A stretch of DNA of 60,530 bases, filler included. It is 5 parts of 5 records of this genome, joined end to end, with 100 filler letters (N's around TTAATTAATTAA, not from the genome) between each part and the next. Parts side by side here need not be neighbours in the genome. Positions count along the whole stretch, not along the records: positions 1 to 7,553 come from SRR31156797_30990; positions 7,654 to 15,413 come from SRR31156797_30997; 3 more parts are not named here. The stretch is one strand, 5' to 3'. Below, piece after piece: positions 1 to 9,507 of the stretch. The first letter of the stretch is position 1, and each line of letters opens with the position of its first letter. Below the pieces are notes generated by a model that had not been told where the DNA came from, did no database searches, and saw nothing but the letters and a program-made list of their open reading frames with translations. A program made the translations under genes and the position numbers.

Positions 1-244
1 CGGCAGTGCGGCCAGCGGCCTTCTTTTGCTAAGGATTATGGATGCGGACTATAGCACCCCGGTGGCCATGGAACTGGCGATATTCAACGTGGCCATCGGT
101 TTTACCACCATCCCGATCATGCTGATCATGGTTCCCAATTTACCTCAATTTTCGAATTGGATCATTTTCGCGGCCTACGGCCTTAATGCCCTGGTCTGTT
201 TTGCAATCATTAAAATGATGGGCATGTGGAAAAAACCGGTATAA
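1..244 (+). CDS. C-terminal part of a sodium/glutamate symporter (GltS family), 5'-truncated by the window start
   Basis: Frame open from base 2: GSAASGLLLLRIMDADYSTPVA resembles the GltS-family G-x-x-x-x-GL-x-LLR-x-x-D motif, followed by hydrophobic helices. Confidence 0.6.
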   Translation, partial: GSAASGLLLLRIMDADYSTPVAMELAIFNVAIGFTTIPIMLIMVPNLPQFSNWIIFAAYGLNALVCFAIIKMMGMWKKPV

Positions 245-385
245 TAAAACAATGGATTCATAGTATTATATGATTTTCTGTACTGCCGCCGGCCAACGGA
301 CTATAGATAAAATCAGGTTGGGATGACAGGAATGATAGCGCTTCGGATTCCTGTCGTCTTGACGGACCTCATAATTTAAGGAGGA

Positions 386-1540
386 ATGATGAATCGCAGG
401 GAATTTTGCAAATTAATGGCTGTTGGATCCGCCGGCATGCTAGCCGCCAACCCCTTTTGGGCGCCTGCCGCCGATGCAAAAACAAAGGACGGCTGGCGGG
501 AATGGTTTTGCGGCCAGGCGCCGCCCAAACCGCCGGCTTTCAAGGTCAGTGACAGTCATTTTCATTTCTATGATTTTGTTCACCATACCGACGGCGCCGC
601 GGCCCTGATCGAAGCCATGAACGAAAACGGCGTGGATCACATCATGTTTTCCGGTATGCCGCTTGTTAAAAAATGGAACCGGTACGACCACCAGGCCCCG
701 GCTTATTATTTGGATAATAACGCCAGGACCTATTGGTACAGCGCCACTGATATGCTTGTAGCCAAAACACTGATGGAAAAAATACCGGAAAAAGACAGGT
801 CCCGATTCCATCCCTTTATCTGCGGATTCAACGGGACGGACATGTACGCCGTCGAACACGTTGAACGTATGTTGGATGAATATGACGGCTTGTGGCATGG
901 GATCGGGGAAGTCTTCGGGCACAGGGACGATCTGACCAACCTGACCTTTGGAGAAACAATCCAGGGCGACCACCCGGCGCTGATGAAGGTTTATGAACTG
1001 GCCGGCGCCCGGGATCTGCCGGTGGTCCTCCACAACAATGTATCGTCCAGGGGACGGGCGGCCGAACTACTGTATTGGCCGGAAATCGAAAATGCCGTAA
1101 CCAAAAATCCACAAACCAGGTTTGTATGGGCCCATGCCGGACTCAGTCGTTATTTCGAGGATATCGACCAGTTGGAATACACCGCACGCCTGGGCGCTCT
1201 GCTCGAAAAAAACGATAATCTGCACATCGATCTTTCCTGGATAGTGTTCGAAGACTACGTGGCGCCGGATCCTTATCAGGGGCCGTCGAAACACTGGCTG
1301 GACCTGATTTCCTCTTTCCCGACCAGGTTTTTAATCGGCTCGGACAGCATAGGACATTTTGACGAGCAAATGATGACCTGCTCCAACGGCAGCCGGCCGC
1401 CCCGACTCATGAAATACTCATACAGCATACGCAAGTATTACGTTCTTCTCGAAAAGCTGTCGCCCGAGGCGGCGAGCCTTGTGGCCAGGGATAATTTTCT
1501 GAACATTTTGCCGGCGGTTGTCAGAAAAACGCTTTGTTAA
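386..1540 (+). CDS. Tat-exported metal-dependent amidohydrolase (Amidohydro_2-like)
   Basis: Twin-Arg signal NRREFCK; DSHFH metal motif, WAHAG and IGSD motifs; SD AAGGAGG upstream. Confidence 0.85.
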   Translation: MMNRREFCKLMAVGSAGMLAANPFWAPAADAKTKDGWREWFCGQAPPKPPAFKVSDSHFHFYDFVHHTDGAAALIEAMNENGVDHIMFSGMPLVKKWNRYDHQAPAYYLDNNARTYWYSATDMLVAKTLMEKIPEKDRSRFHPFICGFNGTDMYAVEHVERMLDEYDGLWHGIGEVFGHRDDLTNLTFGETIQGDHPALMKVYELAGARDLPVVLHNNVSSRGRAAELLYWPEIENAVTKNPQTRFVWAHAGLSRYFEDIDQLEYTARLGALLEKNDNLHIDLSWIVFEDYVAPDPYQGPSKHWLDLISSFPTRFLIGSDSIGHFDEQMMTCSNGSRPPRLMKYSYSIRKYYVLLEKLSPEAASLVARDNFLNILPAVVRKTLC

Positions 1541-1552
1541 TATAGGCGCATT

Positions 1553-2992
1553 TTATTCTATTACTTGCTCCGGGGACCAGCCGCCGCCAAGAGCTTTATA
1601 CATAACAATCATGTTGAGTGTGCTCCGACCGCGGCTATCAGTCAGTTTTTCCTGAAAGGACATCAGTGACTGTTGCGTCTCCAATACATTCTGGAAATCG
1701 GACAGGCCGGTCTGGTATTCCTGAAGCGCCAAACCGGCCGCATTTCGCGCTGCTTCATAAGCTTTTTTCAGGGATTCCTGTTTGCCGGCTTCCTTGAATA
1801 TGGAAGTCATCGAGTTTTCAACCTCTTCCACGGCTGTATGCAGTACTGCCTCGTATTCAATCAGGGCTTGTTCCTGGGTCGCGGTTTGTATTTCTATGTT
1901 GGCCCGTACGGAACCGGCGTTAAAAATTTTCCAGGATATGCCCGCCCCCAGAACCGCGACCAAATTGGCCGGCGATATCAGGCTGCTTAAGACTGCTGCG
2001 TCCCAACCAAGGGAGCCATTCAGAGTCAACTTAGGGTATAATTCGGCCTCGGCTGCTCCTATGCGGGCTGTTTCCGCGGCCAGACGGCGTTCGGCGCTTC
2101 TTATGTCAGGTCGGCGTCGAAGCAGGTCGGCCGGAACCCCGACGGCTGCTTTCACGGCGCCGGATGGAATAGGCGCGGTCGCCGAAAGTTCTTCGTTCAA
2201 ATCCCCGGGCCAGCCCCCCAAAAGCACTGCCAGCCGGTTCTTCATTTCTTCAATTTTGGATTCCAATTCCGGTATTTGCGACCTGGTGGATTCCAAGTTG
2301 TAGGTCGACTGCTCCGCGTCCAATGCACCGGCCAGGCCGGTTTCATATTTTATTCTTGCCAGGTCGGCCGCCTCCGCCTGCAAGCGCAGGTTTTCCCAGG
2401 CAACCTCCAGTTGTTTCTGGTATATCCTCAACTGAACGTACGCCGTCGCCGTTTCCGCGGTCAAACTCACCAAAACGTCCCTCAAATCTTCCTGGGCCGC
2501 CTGGTAATCAGCCATGGCCGCTTCCATTTCCCTCCTGGTCCCGCCGAAAATGTCTATCTCCCAGGAAACATCCAGCCCGGTCCCATATGATTCCTGCTCG
2601 TCCCAGCTGCCTTGCTGGTTCTCGCGCCCGGTTACGGAACCGGACCCAGTTGCTGAAACGCTCGGATACAGGTCCGCTGCGACCGTGCGCCTTTTTAAAC
2701 GGACCTGTTTAACCTTGGCCGCGGCGGCTTTAACATCCAGGTTGTTTTCCACCGCCCTTTCAATGAGGTTTGTCAAGACAGGATCATTGAAAAGCGTCCA
2801 CCAGGCGGCCAAGGCTTTTTGATCGGCCGCCGACAATATGCCTGCCCCGGTTTTGCTCGACCACTCCTCGGGCATTTTTATCTCGGGTTCCGTATAGTCC
2901 GGTCCTACCGACGCACAGCCCGCCAGGATGACGACCGCGGACAAGACCGCACCCATTATTGAGAAAATGTATCGTTTGATTTTGTTTGTCAT
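1553..2992 (-). CDS. Outer-membrane efflux lipoprotein (NodT/OprM/TolC family)
   Basis: Lipobox LAGC; P-x-DLLRRRPDI and terminal YKALGGGW motifs. Confidence 0.92.
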   Translation of the reverse strand: MTNKIKRYIFSIMGAVLSAVVILAGCASVGPDYTEPEIKMPEEWSSKTGAGILSAADQKALAAWWTLFNDPVLTNLIERAVENNLDVKAAAAKVKQVRLKRRTVAADLYPSVSATGSGSVTGRENQQGSWDEQESYGTGLDVSWEIDIFGGTRREMEAAMADYQAAQEDLRDVLVSLTAETATAYVQLRIYQKQLEVAWENLRLQAEAADLARIKYETGLAGALDAEQSTYNLESTRSQIPELESKIEEMKNRLAVLLGGWPGDLNEELSATAPIPSGAVKAAVGVPADLLRRRPDIRSAERRLAAETARIGAAEAELYPKLTLNGSLGWDAAVLSSLISPANLVAVLGAGISWKIFNAGSVRANIEIQTATQEQALIEYEAVLHTAVEEVENSMTSIFKEAGKQESLKKAYEAARNAAGLALQEYQTGLSDFQNVLETQQSLMSFQEKLTDSRGRSTLNMIVMYKALGGGWSPEQVIE

Positions 2993-3008
2993 TTTCTTTA
3001 TTACCTTT

Positions 3009-4217
3009 TTATTCGTACCTTAGCGCTTCTATGGGGTCTAAACGTGCGGCCTTCCTGGCCGGGAAAAAGCCGAAGATTATGCCCACGGCGGCGGAGAAGA
3101 GAAACGCCAGAATGTTTATTTGAAGATTGAAAACCATCGGGGCGCCAAGCAATTTGACCAACGCCCATGAGCCTGCCGCGGCCAGGGTCAATCCAACAAT
3201 CCCGCCGAGCGACGAGAGAACCATGGCTTCCACCAGAAACTGCACCATCACGTCCTGATCCATGGCGCCGATAGCCAGGCGCGTTCCGATCTCCCTGGTG
3301 CGCTCGGTCACCGAAACAAGCATGATGTTCATGATTCCGATTCCGCCCACCAGCAGACTGACCGCGGCCACCGCCCCCAAAAGGGTTGTCAGGATTTTGG
3401 TTGTAGACTGCATGGTAGCCGCCATTTCAGTCATATCGTGAATCCCGAAGTTGTTTTCCTCATCCTTTCCTATATGCCTACGCTCGCGGAGCAACTCTTC
3501 TATATATGAGCTAACCGTTGATGTGCTTGCCCCCTTTCGGACTTTGACTTCGATCATCCTCACATCCTGGTCGCCCGATATCCTTCTTTGAAAAGTTCGG
3601 GTGGGCACGATAATAATATCGTCCTGATCGTCGCCCATACCCGTGGTTCCCTTGGCGGGCAAATCGCCTATTACCTGAAAGGATATATTTTTATACCTGA
3701 TTTTTTTTCCCAAAAAGTCCTGGTCGCCGAAAAGCTCCTTGCGCACGGTTTGACCTATAATGCAGACGGCCAGCCCCGAACGAAGATCCCGGGAGGTAAA
3801 GGCTCGACCTTCAGAAACGGCCCAGTCCTTGACCGTGAAATAATTATTGTCCGTACCACGAATAGTAGTAGACCAGTTGGCGTTGCCATGGACGGCAATC
3901 CCCCCGGATGTAGCTGTGGGAGCAACCGCGGCTAGGTCCGGGGTTTCCCTGCGTATTGCTTCAACATCCTTCATGGTGAAAGGCTTGGAGTCCGCGGCCC
4001 CGCCGCCCGGCCCCCGGTGTTGCCCGGGCCTGACCATTAGTATATTTGTGCCCAGCTTGGACATATCTTCGGCCACCTTGGCTGTCACGCCGCCTCCGAC
4101 CGTAACCAGCGTCACCACTGCGGCTACGCCGATTACCACTCCCAGAACGGTCAGGAAACTGCGAAGCAGGTTGCGGCGAATCTCCCTAATCGCCAGAAGA
4201 AAAGCATTCCATAACAT
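3009..4217 (-). CDS. MacB-family ABC transporter permease
   Basis: RSFLTVLGVVIG, GGIGIMNIMLVSVTERTREIG and PARKAARLDPIEALRYE motifs. Confidence 0.93.
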   Translation of the reverse strand: MLWNAFLLAIREIRRNLLRSFLTVLGVVIGVAAVVTLVTVGGGVTAKVAEDMSKLGTNILMVRPGQHRGPGGGAADSKPFTMKDVEAIRRETPDLAAVAPTATSGGIAVHGNANWSTTIRGTDNNYFTVKDWAVSEGRAFTSRDLRSGLAVCIIGQTVRKELFGDQDFLGKKIRYKNISFQVIGDLPAKGTTGMGDDQDDIIIVPTRTFQRRISGDQDVRMIEVKVRKGASTSTVSSYIEELLRERRHIGKDEENNFGIHDMTEMAATMQSTTKILTTLLGAVAAVSLLVGGIGIMNIMLVSVTERTREIGTRLAIGAMDQDVMVQFLVEAMVLSSLGGIVGLTLAAAGSWALVKLLGAPMVFNLQINILAFLFSAAVGIIFGFFPARKAARLDPIEALRYE

Positions 4218-4918
4218 CAGGCCGCCTCCCGTTCGTTTGCATCCGATTCGATCCGGCCGTCACGGAAACGGACTATTCTGTGAGCATACGCGGCCATGTC
4301 TTCCTCGTGAGTTACCATGATTACGGTCAGGTTCAGTTCCCGGTTTAATGAAACGATCAGTTCCATTATTTCACGGCTGCGCGCCGAATCCAGGTTGCCC
4401 GTGGGTTCGTCCGCCAGAAGTACGACAGGGCGGCTGACCAGGGCCCTGGCTATAGCCGCGCGTTGTTGCTGGCCGCCGCTAAGCTCGGCAGGAGAATGTC
4501 CGGCCCGGTCTGCCAGTCCGACCAGGTCCAGGGCGCGGATGGCCTCCCGCTTCCTTTCGGAACGATGCAGACCTTTATAGATTAAAGGAAGTTCCACGTT
4601 TTCCAGGGCGGATGTCCGGCTGAGGAGATTGAAACCCTGGAATACAAACCCTAGATAGTTTCTTCTTAAAAGAGCTCTTTGGTTTCGACTGAGGCTGCCA
4701 ACGGATACGCCCTTGAAGAGATATTCACCCCGAGTCGGCGTGTCCAGGCAGCCCAGGATGTTCATGCTAGTGGACTTGCCTGAACCGCTGGGCCCCATGA
4801 TGGCCACGAATTCTCCGGTTTTGATGCTTAGATCCACATCCATGAGGGCTCTAACCTGCACCGGTCCCCGCCCGTATATTTTGGAGACTGATCGGAATTC
4901 TAAGGTTGTGTCGCTCAT
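4217..4918 (-). CDS. ABC transporter ATP-binding protein (MacB/LolD-like)
   Basis: Walker A GPSGSGKS, signature LSGGQQQR, Walker B LLADEPTGNLD; start moved to ATG 4918, which overlaps the upstream stop (ATGA). Confidence 0.93.
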   Translation of the reverse strand: MSDTTLEFRSVSKIYGRGPVQVRALMDVDLSIKTGEFVAIMGPSGSGKSTSMNILGCLDTPTRGEYLFKGVSVGSLSRNQRALLRRNYLGFVFQGFNLLSRTSALENVELPLIYKGLHRSERKREAIRALDLVGLADRAGHSPAELSGGQQQRAAIARALVSRPVVLLADEPTGNLDSARSREIMELIVSLNRELNLTVIMVTHEEDMAAYAHRIVRFRDGRIESDANEREAA

Positions 4919-6225
4919 TGACCTGCCGCCTCCTGGCCGATTATCACGATACTGCCGGCGTCGATATTGCCTGATGCGACCTGCGTGTTTACACCATCGC
5001 TGCAACCTAGGAAGACAGGCACTGATATCGGCTGCCCGTCTTCCAGCACCCAGACTGTTTTTTTCCCATCGATGCGTTTTTCGCCGTTGGTATTATTCTT
5101 TCGGTTTTTATTTCTTCTGGGCGGACCGGGCATTATCTTGGACAGGAAACTTGCGTCCGAATTCTTGGCAGCGGCGGGGGATTCTTCAGGCGCGGCCGGG
5201 GTGAAACGCAGGGCCGCGTTGGGAACCAAAACCGCATCCCTGACTTCGACGGTCACTATATCCGCAGTGGCCGTCATGCCGGGGCGCAGCAGGAGGTCTG
5301 AATTGTCAACGGCCAGAATGCATTCATAAGTGACCACGCCGTCGTCATCCTGGGGCGCGTAACGCATTTGCGTGATCCTGGCCGGAAAACGCCGGTCCGG
5401 ATATGCGTCTACTGTAAAAATCCCTTTTTGACCTTCCTTGACCTGACCTACATCGGCCTCGTCAACCGCCACTGAAAGGGACATGCTCGTCAGGGTTTCT
5501 GCAAGGGTAAAAAGAACCGGCGCCTCAAGGGACGCGGCTACGGTATTGCCTGGTTCAATTTGTCGATCTAACACCATGCCGTCAATGGGAGACTTTATTA
5601 TGGCTTTAGTCAGTTCTGTTTCATAAGTCTTGAGAGAGGCCTCGGACTGGGCGATGGATGCTTTGGCGGATTCCACCTGGGCCAGGGCTTTGTTATATGA
5701 AGCCTTGGCCGTGTCAAGTTCCTGGCGTGAAGGCATTTTACCTCCGCTCACTTTATACGTGTGTTGAAGCCTGGCCAGATCGGTTTTGGCCTCGGTTGCG
5801 GCGGCCCGGACGTTTTTTAATTCCGCCCTGGCTACGGCCAGGCCTGCTTTGGCCTGGTCCCTTTGGGCTTCCAGCTTGGTTGTGTCCAGAACTGCCAGTA
5901 TCTGGTCTTTTTTCACTGTATCGTTGAAATCAACCTCAACGCTCTCAATTGTACCGGATATCTCCGTGCCCACGTCCACCTGATTGACCGGTTCCAGGGT
6001 TCCGGTAGCCGATACTATTACCTGCAGGTCGCCCCGAGTTGCTTCGGCGGTCCGGAATTTTATCTGAGCCGCCGTCCCGGACGATTGGCGGAAATATAAA
6101 AGACTCGCCGCCCCCACAACGAAAATGATAAAAATTATCAAAATGCGCTTAAACCATGATTTTTTCGGGCGCTCAAAATCAAGCATCTCCTGTAATTCGT
6201 TTGATTCGTTGTTATTATCGGGCAT
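4915..6225 (-). CDS. Efflux periplasmic adaptor subunit (MacA-like membrane fusion protein)
   Basis: N-terminal TM helix, ATGTLEP...V-x-VG-x-EISG, coiled coil, IKSPIDG, LRPGMTA. Confidence 0.92.
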   Translation of the reverse strand: MPDNNNESNELQEMLDFERPKKSWFKRILIIFIIFVVGAASLLYFRQSSGTAAQIKFRTAEATRGDLQVIVSATGTLEPVNQVDVGTEISGTIESVEVDFNDTVKKDQILAVLDTTKLEAQRDQAKAGLAVARAELKNVRAAATEAKTDLARLQHTYKVSGGKMPSRQELDTAKASYNKALAQVESAKASIAQSEASLKTYETELTKAIIKSPIDGMVLDRQIEPGNTVAASLEAPVLFTLAETLTSMSLSVAVDEADVGQVKEGQKGIFTVDAYPDRRFPARITQMRYAPQDDDGVVTYECILAVDNSDLLLRPGMTATADIVTVEVRDAVLVPNAALRFTPAAPEESPAAAKNSDASFLSKIMPGPPRRNKNRKNNTNGEKRIDGKKTVWVLEDGQPISVPVFLGCSDGVNTQVASGNIDAGSIVIIGQEAAGQ

Positions 6226-6300
6226 AACCTCTCCAGTGTTCGTTGTTTCTTCCCGGCGCCGGCTTTCATGTTTGATTTCTCAACGCCTTATGTTTTTTAT

Positions 6301-6361
6301 GTCGTGGACAAACCGGATACGGTTACAAAAAATTTGTAACTTCCGAGGAATTTTTTCCGAC
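6301..6361. promoter_or_regulatory. Two divergent ECF-sigma-type promoters (TGTAAC-N17-CGAC on each strand)
   Basis: Plus strand: TGTAAC 6335-6340, 17 nt, CGAC 6358-6361. Minus strand: TGTAAC 6327-6322, 17 nt, CGAC 6304-6301. Confidence 0.7.
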
Positions 6362-6399
6362 TACTTAATAAAGAGCCTGGTTCATGGAACGACTCTTAT

Positions 6400-7101
6400 A
6401 TGATTGAAGGCTTAACATCGCTCTTCAACAGGTATGGATGGAATAAAGACAGCGATTATTGCAAAATGAGGATTATGGCATTAACATGGGCTATGCCGAA
6501 GCAAGCCGCGCAAACAAGCGACGACTTAATCGTCGCCCGGGTCCTGGAAGGACGAACCGACGCCTTCGAAACCTTGGTTGCGAGGTATGAAAATTATGTT
6601 TTTGGCCTGGTGAAAAAACATGTCCCATCTCCGGATGTCGAAGACGCGGCCCAGGAAACTTTCATCAGGGCCTATCGGTCCCTGTCCACATACAAGGGTA
6701 AAGGAAAGGGATTTAAAGCGTGGCTGGCCTCAATTGCGATACGGACCTGCTATGATTACTGGCGGCGGGCCTACCGAACCAGGGAAGAACCGGTCAGCCG
6801 TTTGACTTCTGAACTGGAACATGAAAAATGGCTTGATTCGATCCTGGCCGAATCATCGGTCCGGATTCTGGAAGAAAAAGGCGCCGCCGAACAGGCACGT
6901 GAGTTGCTTGAGGAAGGGTTGGCACGCCTTTCGGCCGAGGATAGAATGGTCGTGGAGCTTGTTTACCTGGAAGGTTTGTCCGGCCGTGAGGCAGCGGAAT
7001 TATTGGGCTGGTCAACAACCAATGTCAAGGTCCGGTGCTTCCGCGCCAGAAAAAAACTGGAATCTTTCCTGCTCAAAATTAAGAAGAGCGAGGGGATATG
7101 A
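6400..7101 (+). CDS. ECF RNA polymerase sigma factor (true start probably ATG 6466 or 6493)
   Basis: Region 2 EDAAQETFIRAY...FKAWLASIA; region 4 EGLSGREAAELLGWSTTNVKVRCFRAR. Confidence 0.92.
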   Translation: MIEGLTSLFNRYGWNKDSDYCKMRIMALTWAMPKQAAQTSDDLIVARVLEGRTDAFETLVARYENYVFGLVKKHVPSPDVEDAAQETFIRAYRSLSTYKGKGKGFKAWLASIAIRTCYDYWRRAYRTREEPVSRLTSELEHEKWLDSILAESSVRILEEKGAAEQARELLEEGLARLSAEDRMVVELVYLEGLSGREAAELLGWSTTNVKVRCFRARKKLESFLLKIKKSEGI

Positions 7102-7442
7102 AAGATAAAAAGGTCAAACAAGAAAGGCTTCGACTGGTTTTGGCCGAGACCCACAGGCAAAAGCAGAAAGAAGCGCCCAAACCAAACATGGCTTGGCGGG
7201 CCGGCGTCATGAGAAGCATCTCAAGATTGGAAGATTCGGCTCCCCGAATTGATCAATGGGCCGTCATGGAAAGGTTGGTCTGGAGATTTGTTCCCGCCGC
7301 CGGAGCAATGGCTCTGTTTCTAGCTGTAATGGTTAGTCACGTCGGTCCGGATCCGGCCGCGGAAGTTGCTAACCTTATGTCCACAGATACCGTCGATTCA
7401 GTTCTTTACACATTTTATCAAAGTGAGTCAGCGAATGAATAG
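7098..7442 (+). CDS. Putative single-TM anti-sigma factor
   Basis: Overlaps the ECF stop (ATGA); one TM helix (FVPAAGAMALFLAVMV). Confidence 0.6.
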   Translation: MKDKKVKQERLRLVLAETHRQKQKEAPKPNMAWRAGVMRSISRLEDSAPRIDQWAVMERLVWRFVPAAGAMALFLAVMVSHVGPDPAAEVANLMSTDTVDSVLYTFYQSESANE

Positions 7443-7553
7443 AACCAAATTGACAGTCGGTATTATATTGATTTTTCTCCTGGGAGGACTGATCGGCGCC
7501 CTGGCCGTTCAGGTTTATTATAAATATGAATTGCATGGGCGCCCCCCCAGACA
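7435..7553 (+). CDS. N-terminus of a membrane-anchored periplasmic protein (Spy/CpxP/metal-sensor-like by context), truncated by the contig end
   Basis: MNRTKLTVGIILIFLLGGLIGALA; third gene of the ECF operon. Confidence 0.45.
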
Positions 7554-7653
7554 NNNNNNNNNNNNNNNNNNNNNNNNNNNNNNNNNNNNNNNNNNNNTTA
7601 ATTAATTAANNNNNNNNNNNNNNNNNNNNNNNNNNNNNNNNNNNNNNNNNNNN
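7554..7653. other. Artificial contig-joining spacer
   Basis: N44-TTAATTAATTAA-N44, stops in all six frames; identical at four sites. Confidence 0.97.
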
Positions 7654-9507
7654 CCAAACCATGCCGCAGGATACTTTGGGATCTCAGGCATTCTTTCATT
7701 GTTTATGCTTGCAAAAAACGAACATAAACGAAAAAAGATATTTTACGGCTCGCTGTTCTTTCTACATTCACTTGCTGTCACGGGCACGCTTTCTCGCGGG
7801 GGAATACTTGCCTATACCTTATCCGTATTGTTCTTTCTGGTAATATCCAGATATTCGTTCATAAAGAATAGAAAGAACCTGCCCATGCTCTTTATTCCTC
7901 TTCTTCTTATTCTTTCAACAGTTTTCTACACCGGTTTTACACTCCTTGAAAAAGAATTCGATGTTGAACGTGAAGGTTTTTTTAATAAAGTCGATAACTA
8001 TCAGAATGTAGTTGAATACTCTTCAGATTTCTTCCTAACCGGTTCCGGTGCTGGCAGTTTCTCAAAAGTTTACACATATTATCAGCAAAACCCGGAAACC
8101 AGGTTTGTTGAACTTGAAAATGAACCTGTTCAGTTTTTTCTCGAGTATGGACTTTTTTCTCTAATTATTTTTACTTTATTAATATTTATTGTGCTGAAAA
8201 AGAAAAAGACAGACAGAAGATATAAGGGATATTTCACTGTTTTCTTTTTTGTTATCCTTCATAATACCGTTGACTTTAATCTTCATGATCTTGCCATACT
8301 TCTTCCAGTTTCGATCCTATTAATTCTTTCATCCGGCTACGTGAAGTTATCAGGAAAAAAACTAAAAATATTTTTCTCGTTACTCCTTTTCACATCTCTT
8401 TTAGTTTTCGCGACCTCTATCAGCTCTACAGGTCATAAATTAGTTGGTTTTGAAAAAGAAACTGATTATCACAAAAAAGTCTATCTCTACCCTGCTCACT
8501 ATCTGGTACCCATGGAAAAAACTATTGAGCAGATCAACTCACCATCAATTGGGGAAACAATTAAAGCGGCCCAGACAGTTTCAGCAGTTATCAGTAAAGC
8601 TCCAAACTACTACTACTCATATTTTCTTGCTGGAAATATAATGCTCCAGATCGGTGCAAAGCAGGAAGCCGTTGAATTCTTTAGAATATCTCTGGAAAAA
8701 TCTGATAAGAATCTCTATAAAATATTTAAAAAGATAAATCGTATCTTGAAAAACAACGAGCTTAAAGAGAGCATCCCCGGAATAATCCCACTAGAACACG
8801 ACCATATATCAGATCTTGAAAGACTTCTTGTTAAAGAGTCACTTACCAACGTCTTTCTGGAAACTTTTATTTCAAACCGGCAGGACAAGTTTCCAATTGG
8901 CTCAGCAACCATATTTATCCGTAAGAAAGATTACAAAACGGCTAAAACTATGATCGTTGATATTGATAAGAAGGTTAGCGATCCAAAGATAAAAGGTGAA
9001 CTGCTGGTGCTTTCCGGCAGAGTAGAGTTTGCTGAAAAAAACTATGAGAATGCTTATAAAAAATACATTGAGGGAGCAAACCTAACCCAAAGTTTTTCCT
9101 ATTACCTACTTGCGGCATACTGTTCTTTAAAACTTGGTAAAAAAGAAATGGAAGATGCCGAAATTAATTTGAAAAAGCTATCTCTTTACTCAAATGGAAC
9201 TCTTGCTTACTACTATATTTGGAAACACAAAAAAGAGTTGCTTGCAAAAGATGTTTCCAGAGCTCTTAAATCTTTGGAAAAAGCCGCATCAATATCCTCT
9301 GACCCAAATATAAAAAGGAAGCTTGCTTATTTTTATTTTAGAAATGGCCTATATTCTCAAGCTCATTTAGAAATAAAAGAGATCGCTCGTAAACACCCTA
9401 AGTATAGATCAGCAGAAATGCGCAGGTTTCTAAAAAAGATGGAAGATCTGATATCAAAACATAAAACAGATATAATTAAAGACTCTCTTTTAAATAAAAA
9501 GTTATAG
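7654..9507 (+). CDS. O-antigen ligase (Wzy_C/WaaL-like) membrane protein with C-terminal TPR-like region, 5'-truncated
   Basis: Frame open from the contig start (PNHAAGY); TLSRGG, G-x-G-x-GSF and LHNTVDFNL motifs; helical repeat C-terminus. Confidence 0.7.
   Translation, partial: PNHAAGYFGISGILSLFMLAKNEHKRKKIFYGSLFFLHSLAVTGTLSRGGILAYTLSVLFFLVISRYSFIKNRKNLPMLFIPLLLILSTVFYTGFTLLEKEFDVEREGFFNKVDNYQNVVEYSSDFFLTGSGAGSFSKVYTYYQQNPETRFVELENEPVQFFLEYGLFSLIIFTLLIFIVLKKKKTDRRYKGYFTVFFFVILHNTVDFNLHDLAILLPVSILLILSSGYVKLSGKKLKIFFSLLLFTSLLVFATSISSTGHKLVGFEKETDYHKKVYLYPAHYLVPMEKTIEQINSPSIGETIKAAQTVSAVISKAPNYYYSYFLAGNIMLQIGAKQEAVEFFRISLEKSDKNLYKIFKKINRILKNNELKESIPGIIPLEHDHISDLERLLVKESLTNVFLETFISNRQDKFPIGSATIFIRKKDYKTAKTMIVDIDKKVSDPKIKGELLVLSGRVEFAEKNYENAYKKYIEGANLTQSFSYYLLAAYCSLKLGKKEMEDAEINLKKLSLYSNGTLAYYYIWKHKKELLAKDVSRALKSLEKAASISSDPNIKRKLAYFYFRNGLYSQAHLEIKEIARKHPKYRSAEMRRFLKKMEDLISKHKTDIIKDSLLNKKL

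Noticed and set aside
7598-7609. TTAATTAATTAA palindrome repeated four times in the window
   Set aside because: Always centred in identical N runs; an assembly linker, not a biological repeat.
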